From assembly GCA_013265495.1 (NCBI GenBank), contig MU058844.1:4331535-4395534 (forward strand): a DNA stretch of 64,000 bases. Direction: 5' to 3'. The stretch comes from Vicugna vicugna. Its lineage: Eukaryota. A program made the translations under genes and the position numbers. The notes beneath the pieces are model-generated. The model was not told the DNA's origin and searched no databases. It worked only from the letters and a program-made list of their open reading frames with translations. Every line of letters begins with the position of its first letter. Position 1 is the first letter of the stretch. This document shows, piece by piece, positions 1 to 12,149 of this stretch.

Positions 1-1224
1 AGGCAGCTGGTGAGTCAGAGTCACATCTGCCCACCACAAGTGCTCAGGGCTGGAAAAGCAAAGGAATCCTGGATAGTGAGATGGCCTGGCACAAGAGAAC
101 ATGTGTCACCCCCTGGCATCCACCATCATCACCATTATACTCACATATACACAGGCAAGTGTATTTTGCAGGAGTGCACTTATCTTTTCACAATTTGAAA
201 AGATGGAACAAACAGGACAGGTAGCTTGATGATTTTGCCAATTCAGATCTTGTTCAGGAACTGCTTTATAAGGAAATCAGATTTCTGATAGCAGTTTTCA
301 TGCTAACACTCAGAAAATTATAAATCTCTTATTGGATCTTATTTGAGTATTTCTCCCTGAACAACAGCTGAAAGTGAATATTTGCCTCAGAGGTTTAACA
401 GAGATGTAATGGTTTATGAGTGAAAAGTTCAATCCATTTTACAGAATTAGTTGTAGAAGAATTAAGACAGACATATATACACTGATAGACTATTACATGC
501 AGGGTGTCTATACAATTACACATAGAAAATATGTTATTTAATAGACATCTAAAACTCAGGCATAAATACATATCAAACAACTAACAACTCAGAGCTAGAG
601 AATAGTGTGCCTTGGTGTCAATGACCAACTCCTCCCAAGAATGACTGATAACACTCTACCCACTCCTTCTCTTTTACTTCTCATGTTAATCACAGAAACA
701 ATCCATCCTGGACTGGTCAATTCCTTTTACTAGAAGTGGTATAAAAAAATCGCAACTATTTCCATGTATCTAAGTTAAACATAAGTTTCAAATTTTAGGC
801 ATAGGGACTGACTTCATCAATGGTGGTTCTCCTGATTTATCTGTGTCTTTATTTCTTTGGTACATCATTGAGGCTTGCAAATACAAGGATTGCACTACAC
901 TCTCTTTCTTCTGAGTCACTTTCTGGACAAAATAACTTCTCAATGATTCCCTAGAAGGTTGCTTAAAGACATTTCTAACTATTGGTGGAAAGAGAACATT
1001 AAGGACAAGATCATATAGTAAAGATTTTCCTTTCTTCCTCCTTAAAACATTCATTCTATGATTACTTAATTTGATTAAAACTTGAATATATGCTTGATAG
1101 TAAAAGTTATCTGAATCAACTTTGGTATGATTTTACTGTTTAATAGTTTCATGCACTCTGAATTCACTGTAGGAATGAGGTGATATGGAAATGTATCAAC
1201 ATTTCCCCCAGGAGTTATTTGATA

Positions 1225-1800
1225 AAAGGTATCAAATTTTTAATTGTACATGCCCTGGCATTTCAACTTCCATGAATCTGTCCTTAGATATATTATGTAC
1301 AAATCCTTAAAGATATACTACAAGTACATTTACTGCAGCACAGCTGGTATATTGAAAGCCATTTAAAAGCCCACAAATAGATATTTGGTATATTAGTTAA
1401 GCATCCTGGCAATGGAATACTATGCAATTTTTAAAAGAATGAGGTAGATTCTATAAGACTCACTATAAAAAAGATATCTAAAATATATTAAAGAAAGCAA
1501 TGCATAGATTATTGTGTGTAATACAATTCATTTGTATTTAAACATATGTCCTTGAGGGGAGGGTATAGCTCGAGTGTTAAGAGTGCATGCTTAGCCCTGG
1601 GTTTAATCCCCAGGACCTCCCTTAATTAATAAACAAACAAAGAAACAAACAAAACTAATTACCTCCCCCTGTCAAAAAAACCCCAACAAACAAAAAACAT
1701 ATGTCTTTGAAAATTCTTGTATATACATAAAACATTTCTAGAAGGTTATGAAAGATACAGTTTACAGTGCTTATCTCTGGAGAGTATGACAGGGTAGGAG
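1225..1800 (+). mobile_element. Old L1 (L1ME-like) 3' fragment, interrupted by the SINE
   Basis: Degenerate L1 3' motifs (aatggaatactatgcaatttttaaaagaatgaggtagatt). Confidence 0.55.
1556..1694 (+). mobile_element. tRNA-derived SINE, camelid Vic-1-like, with 16-bp TSD
   Basis: Starts GGGGAGGGTATAGCTC (A-box-like) and has GGTTTAATCCCC (B-box-like) and an A-rich tail. Flanked by AAACATATGTCCTTGA (1540-1555) and AAACATATGTCTTTGA (1695-1710). Confidence 0.85.
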
Positions 1801-2154
1801 GAGGGAAGAATGCTGTTCACGTATAAAGTCTGCATTGGTTGACATTGCTAATCATATGTTATTTTTAGAATAGGAAGTTTAGTATCTATTTTCTATCCTA
1901 TTGACCAAAGAGTTTCACAAAAGTAAGCACTTCTAACACGAGGCCCCTAAAAAGAGAAAAGTCGTCTTTTTAGTGGATATAGGAAGGAAATTTCTTAAGT
2001 TTCCTAAGAAGGAAATACCGGCACCAGTTTCCCATGCCACTAGTCTCCCAATTTGATTCCATGCAGGTTCCTCTAAAATTGTAGGCAACTCCAAGGGGAT
2101 GACTGGTAATTGAAAATAGAGATCATGTAAATGATGCCTTTTGATCTTGACTTA

Positions 2155-2604
2155 TGTTTTAAATTTCCTAAGGCTGTGTTAACAAGTTACGATAAGCTGG
2201 ATGGCTTAAAACAACAGAAAGTTATTCTCTCACTGTTCTGGACATTAGAAGCACAAAATTAAAGTGCTGGCCCGGCCATGCTCTCTCTGAAGGCTCCAGG
2301 GGAGGATGTTTCCTTGCCTCTTCCTAACTTCTGGTAATTGTTGGCAATCCTTGGTGCTCCTTGGCTTGCAGCTCACTCCAGTCTCTGCCTCAATCTTTAC
2401 ATTGCTTTTTCCCCTGTGTCTGTACACTGTGTCCTTCTTATAATGGTCAGGTAGGATTAGGGCCCACCCTAATCCAGTTTGACTTCATCTTAACTTGATT
2501 ACATCTGTAAAACTCTAATGTCCAAATAAATTCACATTCACAGGTACTAGGGGTTAGCGCTTCACTACACACAATTATGGTGGGACATAATTTAACCCTC
2601 AACA
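2155..2604 (-). mobile_element. MaLR solo LTR (MLT1B/C-like)
   Basis: Typical MLT1 motifs: ggcttaaaacaacagaaa..ttattctctcactgttctgg, ccttgcctcttcctaacttctggt, gggcccaccctaatccag, catcttaacttgattacatctg. Confidence 0.85.
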
Positions 2605-3569
2605 ATGTGATTTTTTTTTTGGATCTTCTATTTAAAATTGCTTATGAGATGAACCCTATAGAATTGTTTAGGGATCACAGCTGAATTAGCAGTGATCCCA
2701 GAGAAATCTCAGTTTCTAATGGGGCTCAATGCTCTTCTCCATCATCCCCAAGAACATTTCTCTCATAATGTACTCATATCAAAAGTTTTAACACTTCCTA
2801 AAACCCAATCTGAAAAGGCAAATACGTCAACACCCTTGGTTCAACTACATCATATAATTTAGGATGATATTACCCAGGAATTACAGCATTTTTATGGCTA
2901 AAACTTGCTATATGGAACAACTGATCTCTGATATAGTGTGTATTTAAATACATTCATTATCTGAAACTAAGCACAAGGAGTAGAACTCCTCTCTATTAAC
3001 AAGGGGAAATTGGCCGTAACACCGTACTTCAGAATTTCATGAAAAATATAAACCAATATTGATGTTCGTTTTTACTTACTTTTTCAAGAAGGGATGATCA
3101 CAACGAGCCAATTATGGAGTCTCCTACACACCCACAGAAGTAAGCCTTGTGTGAGTTTGTAGAGTTAAAAATCCTTCTGTTCTTTGACTGTTGAGAAATC
3201 TCTTTGGCTGCTTAATCCTACGAATATCCCAGGCTTCCAGCAATATGAAAGCTAGCCAACTGTAGCATCTCTCCTGCTGCAAACTCATGATAATGCTGGA
3301 TAATATATATATTTTTAAGTTTTAAATACATAGCTGAGCTCACAAGGAAAAAAAAACTCGTTTAAATCTCAGGTGTTAGAAATCAAGAGAAAATTTAAGC
3401 CAGCGTGATAAGCACCTGAGTAGCCAAAAGAACTCTTTGACCATACAGAGGCATTAGCAGATAGGGGTTAATGGTTTGTTGTTATTGTTTTATATTCTAT
3501 TTTTTATGTTTTAACATTTTTATTGATTTATAATCATTTTACAATGTTGTGTCTATTTTATTTTTAAGT

Positions 3570-3964
3570 AGATAATGTATCCACATGATTCAAAAATTAA
3601 AACTATATAATAAGTTTTATTCTCACTCCATCCCCATCTGTTATGTCCCCTTCTTTCTGTAAGTAATGTATTTTACTAATTAATTATGATCCTTCCAGTG
3701 TTTCCCAGGCAATAGTAAGCACATATTAATGTACCTTTCTTCTCCTTTACACACAAAAGGGAGCCTACCTTTTTATGCAACCTTATGAAACATTGTTTTT
3801 TCAGTTAACACTATGTCTTGAAGATGTTTCCACATCAGTACATGGAGAGTTCTTTGGGTTTTTAAAACACTGCACAGTAACTATTTACAATAGCCAACAC
3901 GTGGAAGCAACCTAAATGTCTAACAACATATGACTGGATAAAGAAGATGTGGTATATATGTGTG

Positions 3965-3998
<34 letters not shown>

Positions 3999-4950
3999 AT
4001 GGAGTACTTCTTAACCATAAAAAACAATGAAATAATGCCATTTGTAGCAACATGGATGGATACAGAGATTATCATATTAAGTGAAGTAAGTTAGACGGAG
4101 AAAGAAAAATATACTGTATCACTTATGCAGAATCTTAAAAAATGATACAAGTGAACTCACTTACAAAACAGAAACAGACTCACAGATATAGAAAATAAAT
4201 TTATAGTTACCAAAGAGGAAAGAGGGGGAGGGGTAAATTAGGAGTTTGGGATTAATAGATACACACTACTATACATAGAATAAACAACAAGGACCTACAG
4301 TATAGCACAAGGAACTATATTCAGTAGCTTGGAATAATGTATAATGGAAAAGAATCTAAACAAGAATATATACATATGTAAATATATATATATGAATTTG
4401 ATGTACACCAGAAACAAACACAACATTGTAAATTAACTATACGTCAGTAAAACAAAACAAAACAACCCAACACAATCATTTATTGATCAACACATGTTGC
4501 TGCAGTGTATAAACTTGAAATTACATCACTATGAACATTTGTAAATTTATCTATAGGATTAATTCCTACAAGTGAGATCCATGGATCACAGAGTAACTTC
4601 ATTTTTATTTTGAATTTTTATTTTTATTTTGCTATTGCCAGATTGACCTCCATAGAGAATGTACCATTTGACAGTCAGCCTGGCTTTCTAATGAATGTCT
4701 CTTCCTCACAGACACACAAAGCACATGTCAAATCTTTGGATTTTTTTCCAATCTTATAGGTGTGAAATGGCACCTCACATCTCATATTGGCATTTATTTT
4801 GTTATGTATGGTGATGAGCATCTTTTTATATATTTAAAGATCTTTTATATTTCTTTTTCTCCAAACCATTTATATCCTTTGCCCATTTTTCTATTGGGCA
4901 TTTTATGTTTTTGTTACTGATTTCTTAGAACACTGTATACATTAAAAAGC
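3570..4950 (-). mobile_element. Old L1 (L1M-type) fragments flanking a younger L1 insertion
   Basis: Antisense L1 3'-region motifs: gatgtttccacatcagta, attgccagattgacctccatagagaatgtaccattt, gatgagcatctttttatatattta, cctttgcccattttttctattgg. Confidence 0.6.
3881..4470 (+). mobile_element. L1 3' end (artiodactyl-type)
   Basis: ctatttacaatagccaacacgtggaagcaacctaaatgtc...gcagcaacatggatgga-like...gtatagcacaaggaactatattca...acaacattgtaaattaactatac, then an A-rich tail. Contains an internal (TA)n(CA)n tract. Confidence 0.9.
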
Positions 4951-5479
4951 ATTATCTACAGGATGGTACTTTCATACTTCACAAAGAACAGAAAACATTA
5001 CATAAGCTTATACTCTGCCAAAAATGACCCTCAAAAAAGAAAAAAAGCATCTAAAAAAGAAATGATTCATGAAAATCTATCCACTAGGTCAGGGAAGAGA
5101 CAGGAATTTGTGGTTGTTTCTGACAAGCTTATTTCTGGTTGGACTTTAGGGAAGAATAAAAAGTTCTCTGTGAGAAATTTCTGTGAGTCCATGTTTATAG
5201 TCTCTACTTAGCATGGAGATTCTCAAAGCTTAGAGATGAACACAAACACTGGTCTAGAGCCAGTGAAACTCTGGAATGCACTGAGGACATGGCCCACAAT
5301 CCACAATTTGCCGATCTATCAGCTTTCTGATGTACAATCTTTCTGTCAGAATTCCTAGAACTCAGAGATCAGAATGAACGAATGAATGGATAGATTCCCA
5401 CTATACAAAATGTAGTTTCAGAGGAGTGGTCCCTGGGTATTTGCCAGAAAGAGAGCAGTAGTGCATAAGAAGTGTCAGG

Positions 5480-6460
5480 TAAGTGAATTCTTCCTTTAAA
5501 GGGAAAAAGAATTATTAAATGAAGAACTTATGACCAGTGAGGTTGAAGTTGTATAGTATGTTTATGTGTGTGCACTTGAGTGTGTGAGGCATAGGGACAC
5601 AAAATACACAATCTAAATGTTATGTCTGTCTGAACACAGTGGGTAAAGTCAAGTTAAGAAATCAGCAGTGCAGAAATCACAGCTGGATACTATTAACAGT
5701 GAACATTGAAATCAGTGAAACACAAATATACATGTAAACAGTATTTCATACAGATTTACAAAATTAAGTGCAGAGTTTGAGATCATCTTTAAAAAACATA
5801 CTTACAACCCAATTGTTAAAATAAAAAGAAAAATGGATACGCAAATGTCCGTCACATCTTCACCTTCATCTTCCATAAGGAGAGTTTAAAAACTGTCTAC
5901 CTTTGAGAGTTGCTGGGCCACCAACTTATTTCTCTGTAAACTGATAATTAAGAAAAGATGATAAGCCTTTATCCTGTCTTTTCATGTGAACTGTGTGATA
6001 GGGAAAGCAAGTAGTCCAAGTAAATGATGGAAATGTTCTTCCACTGAAAAATTCTAGCTAATATAAACAAGCAAACGATAAAATTAGAAGATTACCATTT
6101 TTGCAATCTTGGCAAGAAGTAAATGACTCAGGCACGGGTCACCAATGGATAGTCAAAACAAAATAGATAAAAAGTTAATGGGAAATTTAAAGTGAAGAGA
6201 TCAAGCTCTGACCGCTTGAACTGAGTGAACGATTTCTGATGTGAGGCAGTATGACAGGCATAGAACGACCTTTGAAATATTCTCTCTTAAAAGAAAGAAA
6301 GGAAAAATCTAAACCTAATCAAGCATTAAATCTAAATTCTCTGGCAATATCGGGATATGAAAGAAAAGTTAGGTAACACCACCAGGAAACATTCCAGCAA
6401 CCTAGGACGTGGAATATTCTTCAGAGCAGCTGAAACGATTTATCAAGTCAGTACATGCTG
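5480..6460 (+). mobile_element. Old L1MC/ME-like 3' fragment
   Basis: Degenerate motifs recalled from L1MC 3' ends (gataagcctttatcctgtcttttc, aaattagaagattaccatttttgcaa, aatctaaacctaatcaagc). Confidence 0.5.
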
Positions 6461-7559
6461 CTTTCTCACTAGAATATCATAGTTGCTTCTAAAGTGATTT
6501 GTCTGCCTCTAAATTCTTATTCATCTTTACTACCCAGTCATCAGATAATATCATAAAATTTCTTGGCAAGCTGTAAAAACAGAGTCTCTCAATAACCAAT
6601 TTTTAAGCAGTGACTTAGCTAAACAGTCGATGTCTAAATAAAGACATAATACATATAATTCCTTTCCTACCTACTTCAGCCTTCATCTCTTCTTGGGAGA
6701 GGCAGAGATAACATACCTTGTTCCTTTTCCGTCTTTGTTTTTCCCCTTTAGCTTTTCATATTTCTCTTCTAGTCATAGCTGGCCAAAATGTCCTAAATTT
6801 CTGTAAAAGTTTTATTGTAATATTTAATATTTTAACTATTCCAAATATGTTTTAATTAATAGATCAAAGCAAAAAGAACATCACAGTGAATGTTTTCGTA
6901 TCTAACTTGCAAATCCTCACAAAAAGTATTAAGTAGGTTTAGCTACTATTTTCCCAATTTTATAAAGAAATTCATCAATAGTTAAAGGATGTGCTCAGGA
7001 ACACACACAAAGTAGAGGAGGAAATATTAAACTTTGTATTTTCATACTAAATTCCCTTTGCCATTATAGTTATGTTTTTTGTTCATCCAAGCTAATTCAC
7101 AAAGTTGACCAGTAAACATAGGTTAGCAGAGGAACCTGAAGATGGTTTTACCTGAACAGAATGACTTTGTTCACAACATTTTATCATAGAAAAGGACAAA
7201 ATACTTGCTCCATACAGCTTCCTAACATTTGGAAAATTTTAGTGATAATAAATTTAGCAATTTATTTTCAGTCTTGTGCAAGTCATGGTACCCACATGCT
7301 GAGAAAAAAAAAATCATGAGACAGATAATTGTAGAGAAGAAGAATCATTTACAGTGCTAGAATTCTGATTTTTAAGATTTTTTCAAATTCAATAGGATAT
7401 GTTTTATATAATTTCAGGTGATATGACTTTATTATAAATGTAAGTCTTCTCTGAAAGTAAATATTTTATCCAGTTCTATTTAAAGTCCTAAAGAAGCTAA
7501 TTGTTTCTAATAAAAATATTTGCTAGATTGAAGGGGTATGCTTTATGCATTCAGAAAGT

Positions 7560-8060
7560 TTACAAGTTGCAAAAATGCAAATATTTCAACTCATCACCAG
7601 CAAATTCTGTCAAAGCTTTAGGAACTATTTAAAATATTTCAGCTCAAAGAGTAAGAAAGAAAAACTCTAAAGTCTACATAACAGTGAATACAAAAAGAAA
7701 AACTATAGTTCAAATACAATACTATTCCAAAACTCTTAATATTACCAAATAGAACTCACCTGCCTACTATAGGAATAATACAGTATAATAAAGAGAAGTT
7801 AATTTCAGGAATGAAAAAATAATTAATATTAGGATATCTATTAATATCATTTCCTTAATAATAGATTAAAAGAAAAGCTTTAATCATCTTCACAGAGGTA
7901 AAAAATGCATTTGATTTATCAGCCAGCCATTACAATTTTTTAAATACCTTATTATGTTATATCTAGTAGGATATATCCTTGACTTTATATTTAAATATAT
8001 CACATAAAAAAGCCATCATAGCACTAAAATTCTAAAAAATATTGACATGAAATGCAGGAA
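7560..8060 (+). mobile_element. Degraded L1 ORF2 fragment
   Basis: aatttcagggaatgaaaaaataattaatattagg...atcatcttcacagaggtaaaaaatgcatttgat resembles the ORF2 RT region (GMQGWFNI...IISIDAEKAFD). Confidence 0.55.
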
Positions 8061-8169
8061 AACATAGAGACCCAGAATTTTTCTTCCTTCCTTAACTAGT
8101 TATGGGGAAACCTGGAGGGGTGACCTGAGGGAGATACAATTGCTTCAATATAGGGGATATGAAGGTCTT

Positions 8170-8480
8170 GGCTCCTTGATTGCCCAGGTCCAACCCCAAA
8201 TGGACTATTTCCACAGTTTAATGGATTGCTGCTATACCTGCCCAACCTTGTGACTTGGTGGGTCAGAGCATAAGGAATTGCATCATGACGTTATCTCATG
8301 GTACCCAGTAGCATGCCAAGAGCTATTTTTTAATGTTGAATAGGTTCTTCTTTCTATGCTACAAAAGGTATGGCCCTGCTCTAGAACCATCGAGATCTGG
8401 TCTGCAACTCTCCCGTCAGGACGTGCTAGAAATTCCTTACCTACCATATTCTTACTTTCCACAGCATGGAATTTGCATAT
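8170..8480 (-). mobile_element. ERVL/MaLR-internal pol remnant (RT-RNase H connection region)
   Basis: Minus-strand conceptual translation with stops and frameshifts gives F*SRAIP, *LLACYW and SDPPSHKVGQV*QQSIKLWK*, versus recalled ERVL pol FWSKALP, QLLACYW and SDPPSHKVGHAQQHSIIKWKW. Confidence 0.8.
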
Positions 8481-8519
8481 TGGAATCTAGAGAAAAGTTT
8501 CAGAAAGAAAAGTAAGTTA

Positions 8520-9350
8520 TTAAAATTGATCCAACTAAAAATAAGAAATATTAATAGATCAACAATCATTACAGAAATGAAAGCAGTAGTCAAATTCATC
8601 TCCAAAATATGAGAATTTTACTATATTAAACACACTTGGAACTTTATGTAGATTGAGTGGGTCATAACCTAAGTCTTAACAAATTTCAAAGTAAAGGCAT
8701 TCTGTACTACACAGTCCCTCTCCACAATTCAATAAACTTTAAAATATACATTAAAAATATATGTTTGAACATTGAAAAATATATCTCCAATTTTTCATGG
8801 TAAATGAAGAAATCAACAGGTAAATCAGAAAGATTTTGAACTAAATGATAAAAATATTCCATATTTAAAACTATGGAATGCAGGGAAAATGGTACTTTGA
8901 GAAGAATTTGTAGCTATAGATGTTTCTATTAGAAAATAAGAAAGCCTGAAATGAGCTAAGTGTGCAATTTAATGAGTTTGGATAAAGAACACAAAAAATC
9001 CAAGGAAAGAAGAAGGAAGATGCCAGGTAAAGGATAGAAACAAATGAAACTGAAAATAATTCAGAGGATCAAGAATCCAACCAAGTTGACAAGTCTCTGA
9101 TGAGATTAATTAAGAGAAAATCTAGAAGATGCAAGTAAATATATAAATCAAACCCACCAATTAATGCAAAGGTAAAAATAAGATTATTTTATCAGCAACT
9201 CTGAAACAATCAATTCGAAAACCCTCGCAATATACCTCAGGAAAAAATGGAATCATAAAGAGAGAGCCTAAAACAATAGGTTGAAGCATTGGATAATAAA
9301 AGTACCCCATATTTAAACTTGTGGAATTCAAGGAAAAATGGTGTTTTATA
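8520..9350 (+). mobile_element. Degraded L1 ORF2 (endonuclease end/linker) fragments
   Basis: aagtcttaacaaatttcaaa, ttttgaactaaatgataaaaatattccatatttaaaactatggaatgcag and agttgacaagtctctgatgagattaattaag are L1 ORF2-like. Confidence 0.65.
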
Positions 9351-11022
9351 TGATGGGGAAATAAGGCAGTTGCCTTGTACTTGGCCTTTTCTGGATCCAC
9401 CCCGTCTACTGTCCTAGGTATTCTCAGCACAACCAAGTGGGGAGTGTTGGTCCTTTTAAATGAAGACGGGAATGGTATTATTTCCGTCTATTTTCTGTTG
9501 AAATTCTTCTAAAAAGTTAAAATGCATTTTGGAGGATAACTTCCTAAAACCTGATGGTTTAAATAAAATAAGATTAACAACATATGCAAGATATAAATAA
9601 TTTATCACATTTTCTTTCCTTAACTGCACTATGTGCAGCAAGAGTCCTTCTAGTTAAATCTCAGTATATCTAACTACATGACTGAGGTCAAACCCTTGAG
9701 TTAAAATGGAGATTCAGTGGTAACCCCAGATATTTGAAGCAGGTTATTTATAGTATGATAAGGAATTATTTTTGTCACAATGTCTCTGTATCATTCTTAT
9801 TAAAGAAGTCTATGATTTAACTATTAAAGCAGATGCTCTTGCTAAATAAAGATAAAGGAAGGAGAAAGGTAAATTAAGTTGATTTCTGCTTGGCTGGGTA
9901 GGGAACTTAGGATGTTAGAAGTGTGAGGAGAAAGATTGAATTTTAATGGATTTAAAGATTACATTCACACAAGGCAGATGGTGAATTGAGGTAATCAACC
10001 AAATAATTCTGTGAAATAACAACAAAAACAGAAAATGCCACTATCCTACAAAGTGTTTGTACTGTGAGAATTAATTATCTTAACTTTGCCAGAGAGGCAT
10101 TCAAGTTCAGTTTTAATCAAAATTATTAAATAGACTAAGTTTGTTTTCAAAGGCTTCCTGTTCCTTCTTTCTTTACTTCTTTCTTTGCCTTTGCCCTCTT
10201 TTTGTAGGCATTGATCCTAACACCCCATCTTTACTTTTTCTCCCAAGTTTGCTTCATTCAGGCACTGTCCCATGTTCCAAGATAATGTCATGCTTTCTTT
10301 TCAAAGTTTAAGGATTTCTTCTTGTGACTTACAGCATTTTCAGCTGTGACACATGTAACAGCTGACATTCACATCTGCATCACGCTCCCATGGGCATTCT
10401 GAACATGAGAGCTTCAACTCTTCCTTCTTCCCTTAAGAAACAATTACAGGATGCAGAGAACTGAAATGGATATGGCCCTAAGGAGGAGGGGGAAGAATCC
10501 TGTGTGGTTTTTGAAGTATATAATTAGTATTAGTATTAGTATTACTAGGAATAAAGTTTTAATACTTCTCAACTGATCACTACACCAGTGTGTGAAGACA
10601 GCTGAATTAGAGGAAGTAATTCTGATGAGGCGGATTCATCCTAAGGGAAACATTACTGATATTCTCTCTTAGGAAATTTAAATATTTTTTCCATTTTTAT
10701 TTGAAAAGAGCAAGTTGCAAATTGAGAATTTTCCATGCAAAATGAATGCACACTTTTGACTCCTTATATCTATTAGCCTTGCTTTTATCTTCCAGTTTTA
10801 GGCCATATTTAATCATAGAGGGACGGTCATCTTTTTAATGGGGCAGGATATTCTAACTTGCCTCTAGGATCCGTGGGAAGGAATTGATTTACCTAGATGA
10901 CAATTCACTTCCTTCTGTGAAAGTGAAAAAAGTAAAGAGCTGGATAAAGAGTGAAGAAATTAAAAGTAAATTACTCAGATGTCTTGAGGATAAACATATT
11001 CTAATACACAGAGTTTTCTAAA

Positions 11023-11142
11023 TAGAAAGAAGGAAGGAAAAAAGAAAGGAAAGAAGGAAGGAAGGAGGGGAGGAGGGATGGAAGGAAGAGAAAGGGGGAA
11101 AGAAAGAAGAGAGTGAAAAAGGAAGGGAGGAATTAAAGGAAA
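11023..11142 (+). repeat. Purine-rich (GGAA/GAAA) low-complexity tract
   Basis: About 120 bp of almost pure A/G. Confidence 0.9.
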
Positions 11143-12149
11143 ACAAGATAATTTCATAGCAAGACATTGTGTCTTCAAGGGAACTATCAGCTCTCAGGGG
11201 ACGCCAGGGACTATTTTATATGGTATTGCTTTTGAATCTTCACCTGAATCTTCTCCAGCAATGTGTACATGGTAAGCATCGAATAAATACATGTTGTTTG
11301 TTAGGAATAATCAAATATACAAGATACATGGGAGATTTTTTTTTGTTTATTTCTAGAGAAATACCAAGCTATGAAAAAAAAATAATGAATGTGTTTCTCA
11401 TAAAGTTGCACAAGCTACAGTATATAAGGGTCATATTTTTCCTGTGACACAGTTCCATCCGCTGTTTTACACCAGCTCTCTGCTACCCTGCCAAGCTTGA
11501 GCAACTCATAGGTCAGGCTATTGAGGGGAGATCTCCAGGGGCTAAAACAGTTGCTTACAAAAAAAAAAAAAAAGTGGTGTTAATGAGTCAGAGCATTCTC
11601 CTCTCCTTTTTCACTGATGTTTAATCTCTTCTAAGAGTAACAATTGCTTTGTCATACATTACTTGCAAGATTAAGTGACCGTAGAATTGACTGTACCTAA
11701 AAATGACGCAAAAAACGGGGTGGGGGCATATACTTGTAATCTAGTCAGGATCTGACTGAGTAAATTAATGATATCTCAGTGACTCTAAAGTCAAGAAACT
11801 GTCTTTGAAAAAAGACTCAGAAAACTTCAGACATGTAAATAATGCAGAGTTGACTATATCTAATCAATGTTAACTTTTTTTTTACAGGTCCTTAGCCTCT
11901 AAATTTACTATCATTCATTCTCTGAAAACCAGCTCAAACACATTGATTTAGTATATAACCATAAGGAATTAATTAGTTCAAAAACCATGCATGAATGCCT
12001 CTTATGTGGCAGGCATAATATCAGATGACAGAAAGAAAAAAAAATGACCCCTTCTTTCTCTAGTGAAGAATGGAGAGAAATGAATGGATTCTTTTATTCC
12101 AGAAATACATCTGAACATTTCCCACGTGCTAAACATATGATAGTTTCTT

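Noticed and set aside
1556..1620. Possible tRNA gene
   Set aside because: The A/B boxes belong to a SINE with an A-rich tail and TSD, and there is no intact cloverleaf.
8859..9348. Apparent local duplication (CCATATTTAAA..TGGAAT.CA.GGAAAA.TGG at ~8860 and ~9307)
   Set aside because: Best explained as two degraded L1 ORF2 fragments covering the same consensus region.
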